The notes beneath the pieces are model-generated. The model was given only the letters and a program-made list of their open reading frames with translations. It was not told the origin of the DNA and searched no databases. From Vicugna vicugna (Eukaryota): a stretch of DNA of 64,000 nt. Both the position numbers and the translations under genes were made by a program. Location of the stretch: contig MU058432.1 of NCBI GenBank assembly GCA_013265495.1, positions 75,985-139,984 on the forward strand, read 5' to 3'. Positions 27,438 to 38,893 of the stretch are shown piece by piece. Each line of letters opens with the position of its first letter. Position 1 is the stretch's first letter.

Positions 27438-27536
27438 CCCCGGGTGGTGCCCAGGAGGGTGTGACGTGGCGGAGGACAGCCAGGCTCAGCCCCGGGTGGC
27501 GTCCAGGAGGGTGTGACATGGCGGAGGACAGCCAGG
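27438..27536. repeat. two-copy ~52-bp tandem duplication
   Basis: ccccgggtgg..ccaggagggtgtgac.tggcggaggacagccagg starts at both 27438 and 27490. Confidence 0.9.
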
Positions 27537-28851
27537 GCTTCCTGGGCTGACTGCAGCCAGGTCAGAAGTCAGCTTGAATTTCCGGGGCCACTGCTGCTGC
27601 CCTCCACCCCCGGCTCCACAACACAGCACTGCCCAGATCATCCGACCACATCCCCCTCCTCGCCCTGCTACCTTGCTCTTTGAACTCAGATGGTGCCCCA
27701 CTTGCTCCGCCTAGAGAGAGAAACAAAATCCAGTGTTCCCCACTCCTGGCTACCCGACCCCAGGGAAGGGCGGATCCTGGTTCTGGGGCTCTCTCCTCCA
27801 GCCACTCACAATGTGGGGCTCAGTGCAGAGAAGTCTTCAACCCCTCCTTTCCCCTCGGAACTCTGGAAACTCCCTTCCTCCCGGCCTCTCTCTCTTCCCA
27901 ATAAGGAAAAAGTAAAGTTGTGCATCACGACTCACACCTCACACCTCCCAGAATTCATCAGCAGAGAGGATTTCATATTGCCTGACGCCTGACGCACGCT
28001 ATTTAACGCCCATGTCACTAATCGTATGACAACAAATGATTAGCCTTTTTTTTAAAAAACATAACAGTCAACAATCATCTAAATATTTGCACATGTGTTT
28101 AACAAATTACATTTTCCCAAATGCACAAACATCAACTGTAAAATGAACAAAACATTTCTGTATATTGAATGAGAGTCACAGCCTGATGTGTCAGTTTCTT
28201 GTGAGATACTTCAATGTAAATTTCAGTGTACTGAGAAGATATGCTCAGATTTATAGAATTACAGAGTCCACCAGGATGGGGACAGCTGCACCGCTCCTAA
28301 CTGCTCTAATGCCAGGGATGGACTGACAATCATTTACCTTCGTATGCCTTCCTTTTAGTCCTACTGTTTCTTAGGGTTTGCCCTCCTTAGGTCTTAAGAA
28401 TATCACTGTTCTCATTCCTCCCCATTGTGCTGTAATCTTACCAGAACTTTTAAAGCAGAAATGGTATCCTACCCGCCATGGTTCCGGGTCCGGGTACCTA
28501 AGCAGATAGCTCTCGTTGGATCCTGACATAGGTGTGTGGTCTCAGGTGGTTTGAAACTACCCCACTGTTTCCTTTCCTTAGGCGATCTCCGTTAGACACG
28601 TCAGTAAGACTTCGAAGTCCACGCTGTCCTCACAGGTTTGTTTTGTTTTTGTTTTGTTTTGTTATACAACATAGTCTTTCCCCAGTTGTGTTCTTCTGGT
28701 GTTGACATGGCTCGCACTGTGTGTCCAAGAATCTGATCAATACCATAAGGAGACTTGACCTGCTATTAGAGGTAAACAAGCTGGACCCTTCCTCAGTCTT
28801 TTATTATAGTCAGCAGGGTCCCTGAAAGATCCAGTCACCAAGAGGGGGAGG

Positions 28852-29300
28852 TGTCAAAGATAAAGAAAGCTAGGCACTAGTTAGAGTGGTAAGGACAAAC
28901 TTTAATCAGTAATATACAATTTCAGTAGGGAAAAGAGTCCAGCGTGGATTGGTCTTCAATTTGCTGAGAGGTGACATGGTGTTTTTAAGAGAGAATGAGG
29001 GGGTAGGGACGGAGAATTGAGGGGTGAGGGGCTTCAGCAGAGACAAGGAAGTGAAAAATTACAAAAGTAGTGAAAAGGGTGTTGGTCTATGTGAAACCCA
29101 TCTTGGTTTGCTAACTGCTGCTTATGGAAGTTAGGTTGCTGCCCTCCCACCTGGGTTGGGACACAGGGATTCTACCTCCAGGTGCTGGCTAGAACTGTCA
29201 ATTCTTTTGGAAGCTCTGAGTTTAAGTTTAGGTCTTCCTAGGGATGTGGTGTTGAGCTGTTAGAAGCTATGTTGGTGCTTCGTGCGAGTCTTGAGAGGCC
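28852..29300 (-). mobile_element. ERV LTR-like element
   Basis: TG start, antisense poly(A)-type signal, LTR-like content. Confidence 0.45.
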
Positions 29301-29529
29301 ATGGTTGAGGTCCAGTAGAGAAGAGAAGCCTGGAGAGAATCTTTGTGAGGACCTTGAGTCTGGGTGGTGAGCTCTCCTCTCAGGACTTGGCTCCTTTCTG
29401 CCTGTGGGACACACTCTTGAACCCTTCTCCTCCTGGTTCATCCTGTTTTATCTGCTTCTATTTGATACATTTAGAGTTAGATTATAATCTTTTCCTCTTC
29501 TGCTCACACACACACAAAAAAGACATGTG

Positions 29530-30059
29530 CAGCTTTCCCTTGACTTGCAATGGGGTTACGTCCTAGTAAACCCACTGTAAGTTGAAAATATCATCAGTAA
29601 AAAATGCATTTAATACGTCTGACCTACCAAACACCGTAGCTTAAGCATAACCTACCTTAAAGACGCTGAGAACATTTACTTTAGCCTACAGTTGGGCAAA
29701 ATCATCTAATACAAGACCTATTTTATAATAAAATGCTGAATAGCTCATGTAATTGATCAAATATAGTACTGGAAGTGAAAACCAGGATGGCTGTCTGGGT
29801 ACAGCACGGTCATAAGCATATCGGTTGTTTACCTTTGTGACTGCGTGGCTGGCCGGGAGCTCGGTGCTGCTGACACCGCCCAGCATCACGAGAGAGTATT
29901 GTGCTGCAAGTTGTTAGCCTGGGAGAAGTTCAAAATTCAAAATTCCAAGTATGGTTTCTACTGAAGGTGTATTTCTTTGTAAAACAATTACATTGTTAAT
30001 TACATCGCTTTACCATCGTAAAGTCGAAAAATCACAAGTCCAACCGTTGTAAGTCTGTA
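29530..30059 (+). mobile_element. MER47/Tigger5-like DNA transposon
   Basis: gacttgcaatggggttac...taaaccc...gtaagttgaaaatatc...aaaatgcatttaatac matches recalled MER47; inverse of the 4093 copy. Confidence 0.75.
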
Positions 30060-30104
30060 CTTAGCAGAAGAAACAAAAATCTATTTCCTTCCTAGGAACA
30101 CTGC

Positions 30105-30415
30105 CTATATTGGCATTCTACGGCTGTTGTAACAAATTACCGTACACTTGTGCTCCAAACAACATAAATTTATTCCCTCCTTGTTCTGGAGGCCAGTGGC
30201 CTGAAATCAGTTTCACTGGGTTGAAATCAAAGTGTTGGGAGAGCCATACCCCCACCAGAGGCTCTGGGGGAGACTCCCTCTCTTGCCTCTTCCAGCTTCT
30301 TGTAGCTGCTGGCATCCCTTGGCTTGTGGCTGCCTCCCTCCAATCTCTGCATCTGCCTCCACTGTTGCACTGCTGTGTCCTCTTCTCTGTGTCAAATCTT
30401 CTACCTGTATCTTAT
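30105..30415 (-). mobile_element. MLT1 (MaLR) LTR, partial
   Basis: gctgttgtaacaaattacc...ttctggaggccag...cctcttccagcttct...ccttggcttgtgg. Confidence 0.8.
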
Positions 30416-31140
30416 TTTAAAAACACTTTTATTATAGTATAATCTCTGCACAGTAAACTACACATATTTCAGATATACAATTTGATGAATTTTGATAGAT
30501 GTATACACCTATGAAACCACTACCACAATCAAGACAGCTGACATTTCCATTATTCTCCAAGAGATGCAAACCTCAAACTCCCGATTTATCCCTTCCCACC
30601 CCCTTTACCCCCTGGTAACCATAAGTTTGTTCTCTATGTCTGTGGGTCTGTTTTATTCTTAAACTCTTTTTGAATATTCTTTATATTTTCTAACTCTCTG
30701 CTAAAACCTTTGCTCTGTGCATCTTTTCTCTTCCCTAGTTCTCTGAACATCTTCACAATCATTACTTTAAACTCTTTCTCAGGTAGATTGCCTGTTTCCT
30801 CATCACTTATTTTTTTCTTCTGGGATTTTATCTTGTAGTTTTGCCTAGAATATATTCCTCTGCCACTTTATATTGTCTAGATTTCTATGTTTATTTTTAT
30901 GTAGGTTAGTTACATTTTTCCACTTGGGAGAGTGGCCCTCTGTGGGAGAGGTCCTATGCATCCCAGCAGCACACTCCTCTCTTGTCACCCAAGGGCCGGA
31001 GTCCAGCTGGTCCCAAGGCAGAGACTGGCCTGTGTTTGCGGATTCCTTCCACAGGCTTTGAGATTGTTGTTTTCTTACTGGTGTCTGCCCCCTGGTGAGT
31101 GAGGCTGGACTCGAGGCTTGTGCAGGTTTCCTGGCAGGAG
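30410..31140 (-). mobile_element. internally deleted L1 (5'UTR/ORF1 start joined to a 3' end)
   Basis: Minus strand encodes an ORF1-like EETGNLPEKEFKVMIVKMFRELG, then jumps to an L1 3'UTR at ~30655. Confidence 0.6.
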
Positions 31141-31548
31141 AAGAAAATAACACCATCTGTAGCAACATGGATGGACCTGGAGGTCATCATTCTATTAAAG
31201 TAAACCAGAAAGAGAAAGAAAAAATACCATATAATGTCACTTATATGTGGATTCTAAAAAAAAAAAAAAGACATAAATGGACTTATTTACAAAACAGAAA
31301 TGGATTCACAGACACAGAGAACAAACTTATGGTTACCAGGTGTAAAGATGGTGGGAAGGGATAAATTGGGAGTTTGAAATTTGCACTTTTTTGGGGAATG
31401 ATGAAAATGTTAAGTATATTGATTTTGCTGGTGGTTCCATAGGTATACACATCTATGAAAATTCATCAAACTGTGTATCTGAAATATGTGTAGTTTACTG
31501 TATAGAAATTACACCACAGTAAAGTTGTTTTAAAAAATAAAATAAGAA
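31141..31548 (+). mobile_element. L1 3' end with alternative terminal tail
   Basis: gcaacatggatggacctggag...aacaaacttatggttacc...atttgca, then ggggaatgatgaaaatgtt tail. Confidence 0.85.
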
Positions 31549-31566
31549 GCTGAAAATATTTCAGTT

Positions 31567-32185
31567 GTGTTCAAAATGAACTCAGGTCTGCTCACCCACC
31601 GTGAAACAAAGCCAATGTGACACTGGATTGTGATAAAGGAAAGTACAGCATTTATTTCAGGGTGTTGAGCAAGGAGAACGGGCCATTCATAAAGACCTGA
31701 ATGGCTTTTAGGGAAGGGTTTTTAAAGACAGTGTGAGGGAGAGGGCCACAGAGAGCTTGGTCAACTTGGAGACAGTTTTCTGATTTGTTGGTGGTGAGGT
31801 AACAGTGTGATGTTTGCATATCATAATTATCAACTTCTTGGTTCCAACTGGTCTGGGGTCTATGTGCTAGTGGTCAGCATTGTGGTTAACTTTTTCCACT
31901 TGTTGGGGACTTTAGAATCTGCAAAACAACTCTAGGATATGGCTTAGGATATTATCTATAGCCCTTGAGGAGGAACTAAAGGTCCTTGACTCTGTTTTAT
32001 GGCTAAACTATTATTATTTTGTCTTACTTGGCTGCTTTCCTTCGTTTTTGCCTTTTTTAATTTTTCTGATTAAATTGCTCTTAGGAACTCAGGGAAGGCC
32101 TAGGAGGCTTAAGGTTTCTTTCTTTTTCTTTTTCTTTTTTACAAACAAGAAGTGAAGGACCTACAGGGTCTTGCTCAAGTTTCAG
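31567..32185 (-). mobile_element. ERV LTR-like element
   Basis: caggtctgctcaccc...gaaagtacagcatttatttc...ttgctcaagtttca pattern typical of antisense ERV1 LTRs. Confidence 0.55.
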
Positions 32186-32884
32186 TGTGTATGTATACAT
32201 TGATTTGCAATGTGAAATCTATTTCTTAAAATTCGTCCTGGTCAAAAAATTTCAAAGGTCTTTCCTGGCGCAGAAGGAATTCTGTCTGATGTGAATTTAT
32301 AAATATCTGGTTCAGCCCATTGCAGAAAGAGCTTACGATTTAACTCCCAGGTAGTGACGATAAACAATAATATAATGGAACACAACGTCTTATGCTACTG
32401 CACTAGCAGCTACCATTTATGGAGGCACACTGAATGCTAAGCACTTTGATCACATCTCCACAAAGTGGAAATGGAAATGGGAGGATGAGGTGGGTGTGGA
32501 ACAAAGGGGCTAACATCATCTGAACCCCAGGACCTGCCTCTTATGGGGCTGTCCACAGCAAGCTAGAGATTTCTCTCCAGAGATGATTTGATGTCTTAAA
32601 ACTCTCTCAGTATTTCTTGGAAATTGACTTGACAGAAAAAATTGGCCAGAAAGTAGATCTTAGTGGATAACCCCTAAAATGTCAGCGTACTCAGATATGT
32701 CTTTATCTCCTTACTCCCTGCCTCCTCTTCCCATTCTTGGGAACTCCTACCAGCCTTGGGGTAGAAGTTCTGGCATTTTTCATTATTATCTGGGATGTTG
32801 GCTCCTCCTCTCCAGATTCATTGTGTCTTCTGCATCTTTTTTTTCTCATTTTCTTTGTAATTTTTAAATGGGATCCCCCCTTCC

Positions 32885-33545
32885 ATTATTTTTATTGAGG
32901 TATAGTCAGCTTACAATGTTGTGTCAATTTTTGGTGTACAGCACAATGCTTTAGTCATACATGAATATACATATATTCATTTCCATATTCTTTTTTACCA
33001 TAAGCTATTACAAGATACTGAATATAGTTCCCTGTGCTATACAGGATAAAGTTGTTTATATATTTTATATATGTTGGTCAATACCTACAAATCTCAAACT
33101 CCCAGTTTATCCCTTCTCACCCTCTTCCCTCTGGTAACCATAAGTTTGTTTTCTATGTCTGTGAGTCTGTTTCTGTTTTGTAAATCAGTTCATTTGTCTT
33201 TTTTTTTTTTTTAAGGTTGCACATATAAGTGATGTCATATGGTATTTTTCTTTCTCTTTCTGGCTTAACTTCACTTAGAATGACATTCTCCAAGGACATC
33301 CATGTTGCTGCAAATGGCATTATTTTATCATTTTTATGGCTGAGTAGTATTCCATTGTATAAATATATGACAACTTCTTTATCCAGTTGTCTGTTGATGG
33401 CCATTTAGGTTGTTTGTATGTCTTGGCTTTTGTAAATAGTGCTGCTATGAACATTGGGGTGCAGGTGTATTTTTGAACTAAGGTTCCTTTTGGATATATG
33501 CCCAGGAGTGGGATTGCTGGGTCATATGGTAAGTCTACTTTTATG
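32885..33545 (-). mobile_element. L1 3' end (ORF2 C-terminus and 3'UTR)
   Basis: Minus-strand peptide [15 protein letters not shown]...CTPMFIAALFT...YTMEYYSAIK. Confidence 0.92.
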
Positions 33546-33807
33546 TCATTTACATTCAGGCAAGCTAGTTCACCTCTGTGAGCCCCAGGTTTGCTTATCT
33601 TTACAGTGGAAATAACAATAATGCTTACCCTAGAGAACTTCTCTGAGTACTCACTGAGTGTATAGAATCTACATACAGGCTCCCAGCTAACAAATGTAAA
33701 CCTCCATGGAGAAAAATAAGCACTCAAATATATGAATTTTTATCAAAACACAGGATCTCTGGTGCCTGATCCAGTACTCTGAACATAAAGACGTTCTTGA
33801 AGGAGGG

Positions 33808-33925
33808 AAGGAGGATAGAGGTCAGTGGTAGAGTGCGTGCTTAGCATGCACGTGGTCTGGGGTTCAATGTCCAGTATAAATACATAAATAAATAAATAAA
33901 TACCTAATTACCTGCCCTCCCCCGA
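33808..33925 (+). mobile_element. tRNA-derived SINE (camelid Vic-1 type), diverged
   Basis: tcagtggtagagtgcgtgcttagcatgcac...ggttcaa, followed by a (TAAA)n/cctaattacc tail. Confidence 0.8.
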
Positions 33926-33964
33926 GATGTTATTACTCAATGAGTACACTGTAGACTTATTAAT

Positions 33965-35155
33965 GTAAGCGTCCTATTTCTACCATTTTGCTTTCCCACT
34001 AACAATTGAATGAGAGTTCCTGTTGTTCCACAACCTTGTCAGCATTTGGTGTTGTCAGTGTTTTGGATTTAAGCCATTCTAATAGATGTGTAGTGGTGTC
34101 TCATTTTTGTTTTAATTTGCTTTTCTTTAATGACTTCTGATGTTGAGTATATTTTCATATGTTTATTTGTCATCTGCATATTTTCTTTGGTGAGATGTCT
34201 GTTCAGATCTCTTGTCAATTTTTGAATTGGTTGATTCACTTTCTTATTGCACCATTTTAAGAGTTCTTTGTATATTTTTGAAAACAGTCCTTTATCAGGT
34301 AGCTGTTGGCAAATATTTCCTCCCACTATGTAGCTTCTCTTTTTATTCTCTTTACTGTGTCTTTTGCAGAGCAAATGTTTTAAATTTTAGTGAATTCCAA
34401 TTTACTCACTTTTTTTCAATCATGGGCTGTGCCTTTGGTGTTGTATCTAAAAAAATCATCACCAAACCTATGGTCGTTTAATTTTCTCTTATGTTATTTT
34501 CTAGGAGTTTCATAGTTTTGTGTTTTACACTTAGGTCTATGATCTGTTTTGAGTTAATTGTTATGAAAGGTGTAAGATATGTATCCAGATTCATTTTTCT
34601 GCATGTGGAAGTCTATGTGTTTGCTGTTTTATTCAATTAATGTGGTGTATTACATAGACTGATATTCCTAGGTTGAACCAGCCTTACTTGGAATAAATCC
34701 TGCTTGGTCCTGATATGAAAGCCTTTAAACATGCTGCCATATATAGTTTTCTATTATTTTGTTGAAGGTTTTTTTTTTGCTAATATTTATAAGCAATATT
34801 AGTATATAGTTGGGGTTTTCTTTGTGTGTGTGATGTGATACCAGGATAATTTTGGTCTCAGAATGAGTTCAGAAGTGCCCCCTCTTTTTCTATCTTTTGG
34901 AGGAGCTTGAAAAGAATTGGTGTTAATTCTTCTTTAAATGTTTGGTGAAATTCGCCAGTGAAGCCATTTGTCTTTGACTTTTCTTTGTTGGAAATTTTTT
35001 TTTTTTATTACCGACTTAATCTTCTTAATCTGTTATAGGTCTATTCATGTTTTCTATTTTTCTTGCATCAGTTTTGGTAGTTTGTATGTTTCTATGAACT
35101 TAGACATTTTATTTCAGTCTACAAATTTGTTGGTATACAATTGCTCATAGTATTT
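33965..35155 (-). mobile_element. old L1 ORF2 fragment
   Basis: Minus-strand peptide DKGLFSKIYKELL...[20 protein letters not shown]1 sequence continues at ~36525-36910 and ~38360-39000. Confidence 0.85.
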
Positions 35156-35321
35156 TCTCTCTCTCCCACAATAGGTCAGATAGAAAATATAGTCAGATAG
35201 AGAGAGTAAGAGAGAGAAAAAGAGAGAGAGAAACAGCTTGTAAGAAATTGGATTACATAATTGTGAAGGCTGGCAAGTCCAAAATTGTGTAAACCAGTAG
35301 GCTGGAGACCTGGGGAAGATT

Positions 35322-35954
35322 TTTTTTTTTTAACTTTTATTTGCGTTTATTTTTTGCTGAATTTATTCTCGGGCCATAAGTTTTTGCTTTTTCAGTTTCT
35401 TCTGGGATATCTTTTTCTTCTGAGCAACTTCCTCTTCTGGTTTGGGAACAACCTGCTCTTTATCAGTAAGGATCATCTCAACGTGGCCGGGAGAGCGCGT
35501 GTAAGGGTCGATCCGACCATGAGCTCTGTAAGTCCTGCACCGCACCTTGGGAGCTTTGCTCACCTGGATGTGCTCAGTGACCAGAGAATCTACATCTAAG
35601 CCCTTAAGTTCAGCATTACTGTCTGCACTTTTGAGCATGTGCAGTAAAAATTCAGCACTCTTTTTGGGCCATCATCCCTGCATCCAGCCCCACTGTTTTG
35701 CGTGGGCACACCTACCAAGTCCACCATTGAAACGACAGAATGGCACACATTGCTTCTGTAAAGTGACATCCTTCAGATACATGGTGGCTTTTCGGATATG
35801 CACACCCTTAATGGCCTGAGCAGTTTCACGAGTGTTCTTAAAGTGAACATGAAGATTTGAACCTCTCGATTTGCATGACTTTTTGGGGTTTTCTGGGTCA
35901 AGTGAATAGCAAACCCTTTTTAGAGGTTCATCTCAGGCCGCCTACTAGAAAAGG
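35322..35954 (-). pseudogene. RPL17: processed pseudogene of ribosomal protein L17
   Basis: Intronless 555-nt frame 35917-35363 ([22 protein letters not shown]...[12 protein letters not shown]). Start ATG changed to AGG; in-frame TGA at 35674-35672. Pyrimidine-rich 5' end, AATAAA, poly(A), TSD TG(G/T)GGAAGATT at 35311-35321 and 35955-35965. Confidence 0.96.
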
Positions 35955-36038
35955 TGTGGAAGATTGGATGCTGGCAGCTCAAGTCCAAAGGCAGTCTGCT
36001 TGGCGGGTTCCCTCTTCTTCAGGGAATCAGTTTTTTTC

Positions 36039-36338
36039 TTTCTTTCTTTTCTTTTTTCGATTTATCAAAACCAATTTAATTTTAATCCAAGCTAAAAATC
36101 TAATTTGGTACAAATAGCTTAAAAATAACATAAGAAACCATGTACGAGATAGTCTTCACGTATATAAAAATATTACTTTTTTAGTCAGTTTTGCAAATAC
36201 TGAAGATATTAGTCTGGATCTATTATGGGATGTAGACTTGATACTCTGTGATGCTCTTCTCCCAAGAACTCTCATCTCTCCCAATCCATGCTTACATTAG
36301 AAAAGAAGGCTGTTTCTATGAACACAACACTGATGGGC
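36039..36338 (-). pseudogene. 5'-truncated retrocopy of an unidentified mRNA 3' end
   Basis: A-rich tail, ATTAAA about 20 nt upstream (plus-strand TTTAAT 36075-36080), TSD TCAGT(T/C)TTTTTC at 36027-36038 and 36339-36350; interrupts MLT2. Confidence 0.7.
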
Positions 36339-36926
36339 TCAGTCTTTTTCCATTCAGGCCTTCAACTTATTGGACAAGGCCCACCCACATTATGGAGGGT
36401 AATCTGCTTTCCTCAAAGTCTGCTGATTTATATGTTAATCTTATCTTAAAAAAAAATGCTTTCACAGAAACATCTAGAAAAATGTCTGGCCAAATGGTAC
36501 CATGGCCCAGCCAAGTTGACGCAGCTGTTTAGAAGTATATTATTTAAATTCCACACATTTAATGAGTGCCCCAAATTTCTTTGTTGTCGATTTCTAAATT
36601 CAGTCCATTGTCTTTGGAGAACACAATTTATATTATTTCTAGCATTTAAAATTTATTGAGGCTTGTTTTGGCGGTGTGGTATATGCTCTATCCTGGGGAA
36701 TGTTCCGTATGCTCTTAAATGGAAAATACATTCTGCTGGTGTTTTGTAGAGTCTTCTATAGAGGTCTAGCTGATGTCCAGCATTGTTTAAGCCTTCTATT
36801 TCCTTCTTGATCTTCTCTCTAGCTTTCCTATCCATTATTGAAAGTGGGACATTGGAGTTCTCTACTATTATTATTGAATTGTCATTTCTCTCTTTATTTT
36901 GTCATTTTTTTTTGCTACAAGTATCC

Positions 36927-38185
36927 TTTTTTTTTTGAGATCGTATTCTTTTTTTTAATAGTCAAAGTGGTTTTCATATAATTTAAAAAGCAGTTTTTTT
37001 GGTTACAGATAATATTTATATGCATTTTGACACCATGGGAAAAGGCTTTATGAGAGAGAGAGAGAGAGAAAGGGGGAAATTCAGTAATTTCCAAGATCAA
37101 TCTTCAATCTTTCATATATCATTTATGGATCTTAAGTTATTTTATTTAGGAATATAAACTCTAATATTTTAAATTTATCTTGCTTATATTATACTTGGTA
37201 TTTGTATAAATATATGTTAAATCTTTGAAAAGTTTTATGTTTTCTCTAGCATTTTTATATAAAACATTATGTGTAAATTGTTGCCACATTTAGAGTTAGA
37301 CCTTATTTTGGAAGCTGACTTAGAATATTGGATGATAACAATGTGTTTGTTGTCTCCAGACCTTTGGATGTTTCCAGCTTGAAGTTGCCACCAAAGGCCA
37401 ATGTTTTTGAAGATGGTAAAGAAGCTGGAAGGGCCTCAATTCAAATTTAATTTTTATCTGCTCTGAAAGGATTCCAGCCACTCTTCAAAATGAAGGTATG
37501 TCGTGTTTCATTTAGAAACACCGAAGTCTTGACATTCTATGGGAGGACGGTGTGTGTGATTCCCTCCCTGAAGTCTCGGTGATTCACACATTGCTTCTTC
37601 CCCAGTTCCTTGTAATTGCTTGTTGGCTGAGTCAGGGCTCAGGTGCCCTTTCTGTTGAATTACTGCAGCTCGAGGCAAGATGGTGTTGACAAGTTCCTCT
37701 CCCTGGTGGGGTTTAATAATGTTAACAATGCTCATATCTAAGAGCTACAGTCTAGCCAGCAAATTACTTTCATAGACATGTTAAGTTTGTTTTATATCAT
37801 TTAACGCATTATTGGCTGATTTCCTTGTTGTGAATATTTCCCTCTGATGCTCTGAACAAAAGGCAAACTCCAGGCTGGTCTATAATGGAGAATGTCGATA
37901 CCTTCATTTGCCTATGTATGTATGTATGTATGTATGTATGTATGCATGCATGCATGCATGTGTGTATGTATGTATGTATTGTTTCATCAGAAGCATCAAA
38001 GCTAAAACCTTGAGTCAAAAAATAATCTTCAAAAACTGTTTTGGTAGCCGGGGGAAAGCAACCAGAAATTTTAAAAACAGCCTTGAATCATGAGTCCATG
38101 AATTAAGTTTACCATTCTCCACTTATCCAAATCTACTTTTCATTTTGAGAAGTAAAAACATTTGTATTTCTTTGATTTTTCCCTT
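36927..38185 (-). pseudogene. probable ~1.25-kb retroposed 3'UTR-like insert
   Basis: Poly-T 36927-36936, antisense ATTAAA at 36954-36959, non-repeat AT-rich sequence interrupting an old L1. Confidence 0.5.
37913..37979. repeat. (TATG)n/(CATG)n microsatellite
   Basis: Directly visible. Confidence 0.95.
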
Positions 38186-38425
38186 TGAAAAAATTTGTTA
38201 TTGAACTATAGCTGATGTACAATATTATATAAGTTACAGGTGTACAATAAAGGGATTCACAATTTTCAAAGGTTATACTCCATGTTTACTTATTATAAAT
38301 ATTGGCTAATATTCCTCACATTGTACGATATATCCTTGTATGTTCTATGTATTCTTTAAGTACCCATTTGTTCATTTCTATTATATCTCCCTGAAATAGA
38401 TCATATATATTTATCATTATGAAAC

Positions 38426-38893
38426 TGTTGCCAAAAAACTGGCCTCTGTACCCTGATGGCCAAATTGAGAGTCAGAGGCAGAGTTTTGGGAGGATGGAAA
38501 AGAAGAGCATTATTGCTTTGCCAGGCAAAGGGCGTCACAGCAGGTGAATGCCTTAAAGACTCTGAGCCCATCTTGGGGTTGAGGTCTTGAAGTTTTATAG
38601 AAAAACTGGATGGAGCAGAAAAGGTGCTAACAGGGCATTTTACAGGGTGTTACATTCTCTTCATCTTGATAAGAATTTGCTCTTGTTGTGGAGGAATTTA
38701 AGAGAGGCTGCCCATTTTCTTGAGGTTAAGCCCATGACTGGCTTTCAAGACCTCTAGGGTCAAAAAGGACTAAGTTATTCTAAGAAAAGAGTGCACGGGG
38801 GTGGGGGGGGACCTGTTTGTCAGAAGATCAGTTTAGCTTAAAGGACAGGCCTGAACAACTCAATAGCCATCTTGTTAGTTTTCTGTTCTTTCA
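38426..38893 (-). mobile_element. ERV LTR-like element
   Basis: gagacagagttttggg-like start, ttattgctttgccaggcaaagg motif, ends in tttca. Confidence 0.55.

Larger units (their letters stand above)
35190..36525. mobile_element. MLT2 (ERVL) LTR interrupted by two retrocopies
   Basis: ggctggcaagtccaaaat...ggctggagacc|ggaagattggatg...caagtccaaaggcagtc...aggcccacccacattatggagggtaatctgcttt matches recalled MLT2. Confidence 0.75.

Noticed and set aside
37360..37495. Exon-like segment with good AG and GTATGT sites
   Set aside because: Stops in all three frames; lies within a probable antisense retro-insert.
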